Assembly (NCBI GenBank): GCA_012026655.1
Contig: JAAILG010002115.1
Span: forward strand, 1 to 57,759
Direction of reading: 5' to 3'
Source of the DNA: Hydrolagus affinis
Taxonomy: Eukaryota
DNA length: 57,759 nucleotides
The position numbers were made by a program, and so were the translations under genes. The stretch's first letter is position 1. Every line of letters begins with the position of its first letter. The notes beneath the pieces were generated by a model that searched no databases, was not told the DNA's origin, and saw only the letters and a list, made by a program, of their open reading frames with translations. This document shows, one piece after another, positions 52,661 to 57,759 of the stretch.

Positions 52661-55600
52661 CTGACTTTTTGTGAACCGGTTGATTATAACATTAAAGTAA
52701 CCCCAATTTCAGGATGATTTTGCTCTTGCAGAATAAATAAAAAAATTTAAAAAGCAAAAATTGATACCTAACCCAGAACAATTATAAAAAGGCGCAACAT
52801 TATATATTTTGAAGATGTAACTTGTGCAATCCTCATTATCCTTAATTTTTTTAATTTCTATTCTTTTTTGGGTTAACATTTTATAAATTTATTTTCCACC
52901 TCTTCCATTGTAATTACTGTATATCTATTTCTTACTTTGAAACCTTTTCCGCTTCTTTCAGTGCCCATAGCCCATGTTTACCAGGTGGGGAAAATATTGT
53001 TAATATGTTTGCATCTATTGTCTGAAAACCAGTGCCAGCTTTGCACCTGGTGAATAGCAATGTTAATGTACATTGATAGAACCATATGCATATGATCAAA
53101 TCAATGTCTGTCATGACTGTCCTTTCTAATCTCAAAATGGGGAGGTGAGGAAGAACAAACTTGTCTGTGCCATTCCCAAGATTAAAATAAATTGTTTGAA
53201 AGTTAGCAGAGTTTTAAGTAGAATTAAAATGCGATCGGTGTTCATGGAACAAGGCTTTTTACCTGCCTCATGGCAGCCTGCCTCTGACTGAAACCTAACT
53301 GAGATCTGTAGTGAATCCCAATGCTGAAGCACCAAGAACCTTGGATATGAAGACATTTACAGTGTTCATTACACATGACCTCAAGGGTAAAATAAACTTA
53401 TAAAAGGAGCAGACAAGGACATGAATCTGTCTGTCACTTTTGCTCAGTCATTTCCAGTCACTGACATAAGCCTGCAAACCATTGATCACATCTTCCAACA
53501 TATGCTACATAGGGGCACAGGGATTGCTCTTCTTCACACAGGAGTAGTGTTGTTTTTAACACCTAATTTTTCCAAATGGCTGAATTGCGGACTGATTCAG
53601 GGAAGAAAATTGCTCTGGTGCTCACTTCTAAAGCTGCATCCAACTATGATACTCATAGTAAAAGACTATAAATATTTAGGCTCAGAAGACTCTCATAACT
53701 ATCCGAAAGCAGCCTACTTCACAGTTCAGTCTGTTATATTTCAGAGAAGCTTGTCTGAAAGTCGAGCAGCTAATCAATGTCTGCGAAAGGACTATGGATA
53801 GTAATATGGGTCTTCAGACGATGACTGGATTGACAAGGCAGGCATTGCAAAACTCATCAAATGATCACTGGGGGGAAGATACTGTCAGAGACAGTAATTA
53901 TATCAGGTAATTGGTGTCATTTACCCTGTCACAGCCCACTGAACGTGACTAACACAGGACATTTGAGCTGTCACACACTGTTAGCTCCAAAGCACCGGGA
54001 CTTCAGGGGTTGCTTGAGATTTTACCAATGAAAAAATATATGCGATATACCATAAAAAGGCTTTACAAAAGTCAGTATAAATAATATAAAAACTAATCCA
54101 GTTAAAATAAAGACGGATTTTTATGTTCATGGTATTCTGGTTTTATTTATTCTGCACAGTTAGTAACCACTGTAATTATTTGCAGGAAGGGTTTGGCAAA
54201 GGATTAGAAAGCTTTTCACTGCTTTCAATAGAACCAACATATTTGCTACTGGGGTAGATAAGTGTCCTCAATTGTACATGTTATGTCTGTTTTAATAATT
54301 GGTTATCAGTAAGCAAATATTGAATGGAGTGGATGTCTAGTCTGGCTCTATGCCCAAATAGAGAGTAAAACAGTACTCTCCTTTACAGCTTGTTTATTTA
54401 TCTAGATTTTGCAGTGCAATCCTACAAAAAATGTTTAATAGTATAATAAGAATAAATCTTGCATTTGATATAGCGCCTTATCATGTGTTTGAAACGTCTC
54501 AAAGCACTTCACAGAATATACAATAAAGTAAAACATGTAAAGAATTAATGAATTCTTAATTTGATGTTAATATCTGAAGAGTGTACTTCACATAACTAGA
54601 ATGGTGTCTTTTAGAGAAACAAGCTTGAGTGGCTGAAATTCTGGTTAAAATTACATTTATTGAGCTCCTTTCACGTCGGGAGGACGTCCCAAGGCGCTGA
54701 GCGCCATAAGTAGCCATACCAGACAAATCCACAACAGTCTACCAGGATTTTCTCTATCACCTAATAATTTGGTGAACAGTCTGATTTGACAGTTGTACAG
54801 ATGCGAAAGTAGAATAGAGTAGGATAGAGGACAGACACCTCAATAAAGAAATAAGATCACAAGTCACATCCAGGAATCAAGCTGCTTATATTGGTCTATT
54901 GCTTAGCCAAAGGAATCAAATAAAATACTCAAACATAATCTTTAAAAACAATATAATGGAATCGACAGTAATACAATGTGTGTTGATAAAATATAATCAT
55001 TTTCTTCATTTTTTGATGCAGAAAATCAAGAGAACTGACTTTTAAAGAAAGTAATAAATCAACAATAATTGGGCAAAATGGAGCATAGAAAATTAGTACA
55101 GTACATGCCCTTTAATTTGGTGCATACTATGATTAAAGAAAGCTTTGTTTCTTTTGTCCCATTTTGGGGAGAGTTTGAGTGTTCAGTTTCATTTTGACAA
55201 GCAAACAGCACAAATTTGCATTTCTGACACTAGGGTAATGCCATTAGAGTAATGAACCATGATTGAGACTGGCTGCTGACGAGTTGGTTCTCAAATGCTG
55301 ATTATTATGTTTCCTATGTTCATAAAGACAATGTATTTTGAATTGCTTTGTAAAGAATGATTATTGCTCAGTGTATAAAACTACCAGAGGCAGCAAGGCA
55401 ACCACCCTCATGAATCGTTTACATTTGTTCACAGTAAAGTTCTTGCGTTTCTTAAGTCTAATACCATAAAATCCTGTGCATTGGAGGTATTGTAGATGTG
55501 CTTTGGAGGAACGGACAGAAATAGTTTTCATCCGCAGCACTGCTACTAAAACCTCCTTTATATGCAGAGTTTTAATAAGGAACCTCATCAGAATGCTCAT

Positions 55601-57698
55601 CAGACTGCAGTAACTCCATCCTGGCAGCGAACTATGTCTGGCCCAATTAACCCACTGTTTAATGGAAGGTTAATAAAAATTGGTTATTTACTTCATGCCG
55701 GACATTGTTGTGTGCAATTCAGCTGCTACCTGCAAATTGGTTGCCACATTCACCTACAAAATATACAGTTACTATACTTTAGATTAAATCCTATGAAATG
55801 CTGTGAGGCATCCTCTGAACGTAAAAAGCACTATATCATGTGCAAGGATTAGTAATTACAGTACTTGGTTTTGTGGGTCACAAAGAATCCAATTGATAGA
55901 AATATTAACATACATCTAAGCTGCTTTGTGGAACAAAGAGAAAGCCCATTTCATCCTTACGAGAAAGCGTGTGGCCAACACGCACTGTTTCTATTCAATG
56001 GAAATGTTTGGGTAATCTTTCCCCAAAACCTACAACAGATGGCACTTTCAGCTTGATACTAAATACAATTACACAGCAGCAGTATTGCAACTGAAACAAA
56101 CATGTTCATTCTGTTCACTGAAATCCCTTCAATTCTCAGTTGAAGACCTTTCTTCTGCAAGCACTATTGAGAATTCTCTAGTTAAAGATCAATCCATAAA
56201 TTTGATATACTTCAATGAAAATTGCAAGATTTGATATATGAATCGTCACCAGGAGGAAAAAACGTATTAAGCACACATATGTGGAGCTCCTATAGCTCAG
56301 CGGTTAGAGCTCTTGCCTTACAAGCGTAAGACCTGTGTTCGAATTCAGGCATATCAGGGCGAAACTTTGGGCAAGTTTCCTTATTCCACACTCCTAATAA
56401 TAATCCATCCAAAAACTCAATAATAAAAATTGGTCATTTTCAATCCACAACTGTTTGTGGGGCACTGCTGTGCGCAATCAGCTGGCGTGTTTCGCTCACA
56501 AATATACAGTCAATTCACTTTAGAGTATATTCTGTGAAGCACTTTGTGACGTCAATAAGATGTGAAAAGCACTATATCAAATGAAAGGATTATTACATAT
56601 TTTTAAAAACAGACCCATTTTTGCCTTTGATGTAGCTGAGTACAGTATTACAGAAATGCTCATAAAATAGTTTCTGTTCAACTCGTACAAATGTTTTAGT
56701 TTAAAAACCATGATAGTCAATATCTCTGAAATATTGTGTCCAGGATTTGTATCGTATCTTTCATGTCATTGGTTTAAACACCATTTTTAGCTTGCTCAAC
56801 AGCAATATAAATCCTCAGGAGATTCTATAAAATATCTTCCACAGATTATTCTTCAATACAAACCTTATGTCAAAGTAAAATCAAAAGTCCGAAATTCCAC
56901 TTTGCCTTACTCTGTAAGATCATTTTGTATTAAAATATAAGATTGTAGGAAATTTGTGAATTGTCTTAATTTGGACTCAGACTCCTATAATAATTAAGAA
57001 TAATTGTTGTACAGTATTTGATATACAACATCTGAGACATATGAGATGTTGTTGAGACATCTCAAAGTACTTCAAAGGATAGGGACTCAGTTTAATAACA
57101 AGATAAACATCACATTGATCTGCTCAAAGGAATGCAGAATTGTAATTGGAATGTGAGTTGACTGTATATTTTGAGGGGAAACCAGGTAGCATAGCAGCAT
57201 CCGACAAACAGCCATGGAGTGAGTGACCATTTAGACTTAGAAAGTTCTTTTTCAAGAACAGCCAAAAGCAGGCTTCCAAATTCAGACTCAATTTAAGAAT
57301 TCTCCCTAATTCTGCATTGTTTTAAATTTTAAAACAAAATAGGCTTATCAATTGGAACTGTTGCCTGGTGACATTTTCATGAACTTAAGGAAATTGAAGG
57401 AACTTGATTAAAACATTCTGGAGACCAAGTGGGGAGAAAATTGGAATACAGCACAGTCATTTATGATGTTTATCAATGCTTCCTGGAGTCTATTTGGCAA
57501 TTGATATAAATTATGTTTTTGTATCAGAATGAATCTTACTTTTGTGCTCAAACATATTTCTTTCTGTGGTTTCAGAGCACGATGAATGCAGCTCAGGGCT
57601 CCACAACTGCGACAACAATGCTCTGTGTTTTAATACTGTAGGAGGACATAACTGCATCTGTAAACCAGGGTACACAGGCAATGGCACGCTTTGTAAAG
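278..57698 (+). CDS. NELL2: NELL2-like (neural EGFL-like 2) gene, partial spliced CDS: join(278..406,15005..15155,17743..17916,20025..20121,22062..22134,23629..23711,24362..24490,27872..27974,32715..32806,34147..34249,35418..35546,43650..43775,57576..57698); incomplete at both ends
   Basis: 13 AG/GT-bounded exons (129,151,174,97,73,83,129,103,92,103,129,126,123 nt) splice into a stop-free 504-codon frame. Motifs [39 protein letters not shown] and [13 protein letters not shown] match NELL2, and the exon sizes match NELL2 rather than NELL1 as I recall them. Confidence 0.93.
1449..1469. repeat. (CA)n microsatellite
   Basis: tacacacacacacacacacat. Confidence 0.85.
5500..5587 (+). mobile_element. 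SINE 3' tail fragment (a second tail lies at about 5317-5368)
   Basis: tgtgaagtgctttgagacatctc...atcaaatgcaaggatta matches the tail of the full copies. Confidence 0.75.
5815..6140 (-). mobile_element. Full-length tRNA-derived SINE, short form, CAGGT-insert head subfamily
   Basis: Reverse complement gives tRNA-like head GGAGTCCTG..., CCTTGGGCAAGT, body, L2-like tail and (TTA)n. Confidence 0.9.
6478..7290 (-). mobile_element. CR1-clade LINE 3' end, interrupted by a SINE fragment
   Basis: ORF 6559..6804 (TRGHRFK...[17 protein letters not shown]) is a CR1 ORF2 C-terminus; catagaat is the reverse complement of an ATTCTATG-type tail. Confidence 0.9.
7119..7238 (+). mobile_element. SINE 3' fragment nested in the CR1
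   Basis: ctgtaaagcgttttgagacgtctagaag...gattgttattattatt; CR1 resumes at ctacctgtcctgcc. Confidence 0.85.
10090..10396 (+). mobile_element. Full-length tRNA-derived SINE
   Basis: GAGTCCTGTAGCTCAGTGATTAGAGCACTCGCCTTGCAAGCGAG head, B-box GGTTCAATTCC, body, (TTA)n tail. Confidence 0.92.
11385..11960 (+). mobile_element. Highly decayed CR1 reverse-transcriptase fragment
   Basis: Eroded KAFDKVP (aaggcagctgataaagtgcct) and PQGSVLGP-LF (ccccagagatctgtgctaatgcctcaattattt) motifs with many indels. Confidence 0.6.
12460..12748 (-). mobile_element. SINE, long form with extra central segment
   Basis: Head and tail as in the other copies, plus internal ccgctaatcgactaataaccaggtttctacttactgctatgcaaagagagg. 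Confidence 0.85.
13626..13745 (-). mobile_element. CR1-type (HER1-like) LINE 3' tail
   Basis: ataagaacataagaattaggagcaggagtaggccattcggcc is the reverse complement of a TTCTTATG-tailed 3' end. Confidence 0.8.
15005..15155 (+). CDS. NELL2: NELL2-like exon 3, TSPN/LamG ([51 protein letters not shown])
   Basis: Pyrimidine tract then gcag|, donor AG|gtaagt; 151 nt; overlaps ORF 14974..15159. Confidence 0.95.
16163..16518 (-). mobile_element. SINE, long form, full length
   Basis: Tail, body, extra segment ccactaacaaccgtgttcctacttactgttaggtaaccaggg, and tRNA head. Confidence 0.88.
16992..17110 (-). mobile_element. SINE 3' fragment
   Basis: taatccttgcgtttgatatag...tctcaaagcgcttcacc. Confidence 0.75.
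17743..17916 (+). CDS. NELL2: NELL2-like exon 4, LamG ([58 protein letters not shown])
   Basis: ttttag| acceptor, AA|gtaagt donor; 174 nt; LamG motif [10 protein letters not shown]...LYVDC. Confidence 0.96.
17950..18160 (+). mobile_element. CR1 3' end just downstream of exon 4
   Basis: aatgcactacctgaaagcatggtggaagcag...gagccagcacaggcacgatgg...tactatgattctatgatt tail. Confidence 0.8.
18757..18851 (+). mobile_element. 5'-truncated SINE
   Basis: aatatacagtcaattcactttacag...aatgcaaggattatt. Confidence 0.85.
20025..20121 (+). CDS. NELL2: NELL2-like exon 5 ([32 protein letters not shown])
   Basis: cttatag| acceptor, AAG|gtgagc donor; 97 nt. Confidence 0.95.
20497..20815 (+). mobile_element. Full-length SINE, preceded by another SINE tail (about 20410-20472) and followed by an inverted L2 tail (about 20816-20855)
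   Basis: tRNA-like head tggagtcctggagttcagtgattagag..., body and (TTA)n. Confidence 0.88.
21552..21897 (-). mobile_element. L2-clade LINE 3' end, second L2 subfamily
   Basis: Minus-strand translation [11 protein letters not shown]...TIGGRAFS; tail (TTG)n; the same tail recurs at about 20816-20855 and 54650-54702. Confidence 0.85.
22062..22134 (+). CDS. NELL2: NELL2-like exon 6 ([24 protein letters not shown])
   Basis: ttttctttccacag| acceptor, A|gtacgt donor; 73 nt. Confidence 0.95.
22366..23031. mobile_element. Tc1/mariner (pogo/Tigger-like) non-autonomous DNA transposon relic
   Basis: TA|CAGGTA...TACCTG|TA ends; the right end reverse complement CAGGTACCCCTCCCCAACTGCGGGGGATACGTTCC resembles Tigger TIRs; CpG-rich against the background. 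Confidence 0.65.
23032..23182 (-). mobile_element. SINE with internal deletion (head joined to tail)
   Basis: (TAA)n tccttgcatttgatatag joined directly to tattattaggcatgtggagtaagg and the head. Confidence 0.85.
23270..23475 (+). mobile_element. Decayed, internally deleted L2 3' fragment
   Basis: cccatcactccagttctcgccaggctctccactggctgcctgtt corresponds to the [14 protein letters not shown] motif. Confidence 0.7.
23629..23711 (+). CDS. NELL2: NELL2-like exon 7, CxxC plus coiled coil ([28 protein letters not shown])
   Basis: cattctag| acceptor, AAG|gtattt donor; 83 nt; near-identical to the NELL2 oligomerisation segment. Confidence 0.96.
24362..24490 (+). CDS. NELL2: NELL2-like exon 8, end of coiled coil and first half of vWC1 ([43 protein letters not shown])
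   Basis: cacacag| acceptor, AAG|gtacgc donor; 129 nt; vWC W-x3-C-x2-C-x-C pattern. Confidence 0.95.
25555..26012 (+). mobile_element. Decayed CR1 ORF2 3' portion
   Basis: Encodes eroded QRRA-R-IP...[26 protein letters not shown] and KYFFT-RL motifs. Confidence 0.8.
26277..26491 (-). mobile_element. Headless SINE, close to consensus
   Basis: Tail, body and ttatcaggcgtgtggagtaa; no tRNA head. Confidence 0.88.
27109..27799 (+). mobile_element. Young 5'-truncated L2 LINE with open ORF2 C-terminus (about 200 codons)
   Basis: [20 protein letters not shown]...LQ/IQNSAAR...[20 protein letters not shown]...[14 protein letters not shown]...LKTFLF is the L2 ORF2 C-terminal signature; (TTG)n tail. Confidence 0.93.
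27872..27974 (+). CDS. NELL2: NELL2-like exon 9, second half of vWC1 ([34 protein letters not shown])
   Basis: tttctttccag| acceptor, C|gtgagt donor; 103 nt; CCxxC motif. Confidence 0.95.
29405..29545 (+). mobile_element. L2 3' fragment
   Basis: tttaaatctaacctgaaaacctaccccttcgactccgcctatggtcacc ([10 protein letters not shown]). Confidence 0.7.
29547..29995 (-). mobile_element. Two tandem headless SINE copies (about 29547-29740 and 29789-29995)
   Basis: Two (TAA)n-tccttgca...tctcaaag...cccacaaacag/ccgaaaaacag units. Confidence 0.85.
31190..31722 (+). mobile_element. SINE 3' half split by an L2 insertion
   Basis: ...cactttacagtaTATTCT [L2] TATTCTgtgaagtgctttgag... Confidence 0.88.
31238..31646 (+). 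mobile_element. 5'-truncated L2 with 6-bp target-site duplication TATTCT
   Basis: [27 protein letters not shown], tail ggagggcgctatataaatccaatt(tgt)n; TATTCT at 31232-31237 and 31647-31652. Confidence 0.9.
31735..32040 (-). mobile_element. Decayed CR1 fragment
   Basis: aatgcattccacaatctcacaattctctgtaggaagaaattt is the reverse complement of [13 protein letters not shown]. Confidence 0.65.
32715..32806 (+). CDS. NELL2: NELL2-like exon 10, first half of vWC2 ([31 protein letters not shown])
   Basis: ttattaccag| acceptor, AAG|gtagga donor; 92 nt. Confidence 0.92.
34147..34249 (+). CDS. NELL2: NELL2-like exon 11, second half of vWC2 ([34 protein letters not shown])
   Basis: tttgacag| acceptor, AAAG|gtaatg donor; 103 nt; SCCKVCKG motif. 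Confidence 0.93.
35120..35175. repeat. Compound (CA)n(CATA)n microsatellite
   Basis: acacacacacatacacacacacacacacacatacatacatacatacatacatac. Confidence 0.9.
35418..35546 (+). CDS. NELL2: NELL2-like exon 12, EGF1 ([43 protein letters not shown])
   Basis: aatgcag| acceptor, CAG|gtcagt donor; 129 nt; six-Cys EGF spacing. Confidence 0.95.
35800..35915 (+). mobile_element. SINE 3' fragment
   Basis: ctgccgcgtttcacccac...tgtgaagcgttttgagacatc. Confidence 0.8.
37380..37660. mobile_element. SINE fragment (+, about 37380-37522) abutting an older inverted SINE fragment (-, about 37530-37660)
   Basis: cactttacagtatattctgt on + and acagaatatactgtaaagtg about 110 nt later. Confidence 0.75.
39176..39520. 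mobile_element. Inverted pair of SINE 3' fragments (- about 39176-39305; + about 39405-39520)
   Basis: Complementary tail sequences about 100 nt apart. Confidence 0.85.
39955..40266 (-). mobile_element. Full-length SINE
   Basis: (TAA)n tail through to head ...cactgagctacaggac. Confidence 0.92.
41331..41389 (+). repeat. G-rich tract, G-quadruplex-capable
   Basis: agggtggggtaggagggtggtgggtggggcgggggagggaggggggtgg has eight runs of three or more G. Confidence 0.7.
43130..43342 (+). mobile_element. Decayed long-form SINE 3' part
   Basis: ctgggggtaataacccc...gtgggacactgcaattggct...aatgcaaggattattatta. Confidence 0.7.
43650..43775 (+). CDS. NELL2: NELL2-like exon 13, calcium-binding EGF2 ([42 protein letters not shown])
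   Basis: ttttacag| acceptor, CAG|gtaaga donor; 126 nt; DIDEC...C-x-N-x2-GSY cbEGF consensus. Confidence 0.96.
44850..45335 (-). mobile_element. CR1 3' end interrupted by an L2 tail (+, about 44970-45117) and a SINE tail (+, about 45205-45250)
   Basis: CR1-like 3' UTR gaatgtacagcacggaaacagccc, then ggctcggccccgggatccattattgtgaag...(ttg)n, then CR1 ttccacaatcttacaa resumes. Confidence 0.75.
45350..45645 (+). mobile_element. Near full-length SINE with damaged head
   Basis: gtggagtccactgtaactca...ggttcaattcc...aatgcaaggattattatta. Confidence 0.88.
45944..46112. mobile_element. Penelope-like element terminal-repeat relic in inverted arrangement
   Basis: 29/30-bp inverted repeat (45979-46008 vs 46081-46110) around a GGGTC-cac-GACCC stem; resembles the common shark PLE-type repeat as I recall it; a related fragment lies at 1115-1150. 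Confidence 0.65.
47595..47835 (+). mobile_element. SINE with internal deletion
   Basis: Head intact; tgcctgataat joined directly to ggctgctgtg. Confidence 0.85.
48800..49080 (+). mobile_element. SINE lacking the A-box half, CAGGT-insert subfamily
   Basis: Begins gagacctgtgttcaaatccaggcaggtcagggcgaaacc; near-consensus body. Confidence 0.9.
50790..51241 (-). mobile_element. CR1 ORF2 3' fragment
   Basis: ORFs 51026..51241 ([18 protein letters not shown]...LALEGVQ...YEKRL) and 50810..50998 ([16 protein letters not shown]). Confidence 0.88.
52318..52660 (+). mobile_element. Full-length SINE with intact A/B boxes and long (TAT)n tail
   Basis: TAGCTCAGTGG (52326-52336), GGTTCGATTCC (52369-52379), about 13 TAT units. 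Confidence 0.93.
54446..54530 (-). mobile_element. SINE tail fragment
   Basis: cttgcatttgatatagcgcctta...tctcaaagcacttcacagaatatac. Confidence 0.8.
56281..56596 (+). mobile_element. Full-length SINE, insert-type head
   Basis: tagctcagcggttagagc...ccttacaagc...gttcgaattc, body and tail. Confidence 0.9.
57576..57698 (+). CDS. NELL2: NELL2-like exon 14, EGF3 ([41 protein letters not shown])
   Basis: ggtttcag| acceptor, AAAG|gtaagc donor; 123 nt; overlaps ORF 57542..57736. Confidence 0.96.
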
Positions 57699-57759
57699 GT
57701 AAGCAATACCCCAGACAATTTATTAGCTGTCTTTGATCCATCAGAACACCCCATTGTGT

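Noticed and set aside
5585-52717. Recurring peptide [30 protein letters not shown] in many ORFs, suggesting a small-protein family
   Set aside because: All are translations of the SINE 3' half; there is no consistent start, indels are frequent, and the poly-Tyr is the (TAT)n tail.
53421-53801. 126-aa ORF in intron 13
   Set aside because: No recognisable homology, motif or exon boundaries; the length is compatible with chance in 58 kb.
5815-56596. CRISPR-like or regularly spaced repeat array
   Set aside because: The repeats are dispersed, in both orientations, variably truncated, and in a eukaryotic intron context.
407-57575. Non-canonical or U12-type introns
   Set aside because: All 12 complete introns are GT-AG and none has the GTATCCTT U12 donor.
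278-57698. Assignment as NELL1
   Set aside because: Sizes of exons 4, 8, 10 and 11 and motifs such as [23 protein letters not shown] and FNTVGGHNC fit NELL2 as I recall them.

Overview
AT-rich vertebrate genomic DNA. The repeat complement (CR1, L2, Penelope-type repeats and one abundant tRNA-derived SINE) suggests a cartilaginous fish, possibly a chimaera; this is inference. The whole window lies inside one + strand gene of the NELL family, NELL2-type. I traced 13 consecutive coding exons (equivalent to exons 2-14). All have GT-AG boundaries and compatible phases, and they join into 1512 nt of stop-free frame: TSPN/LamG domain, CxxC coiled coil, two vWC domains and EGF1-3. Exon 1 lies upstream of the window and the remaining exons downstream. 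The introns hold more than 25 copies or fragments of a composite SINE (tRNA head, CORE-like motif, Deu-like body, L2-like tail), L2 and CR1 3' ends with several nested insertions, a Tigger-like DNA transposon relic, and a Penelope-type inverted repeat with a decayed hammerhead-like core. Most short ORFs in the supplied track are repeat translations or chance. I see no convincing new multi-gene system; the best leads are the identity of this NELL2-like gene, the SINE architecture and its L2 partner, the ribozyme relic and several possible splice variants. Repeat coordinates are approximate (about 10-20 nt), and comparisons with human NELL proteins and repeat consensuses are from memory.
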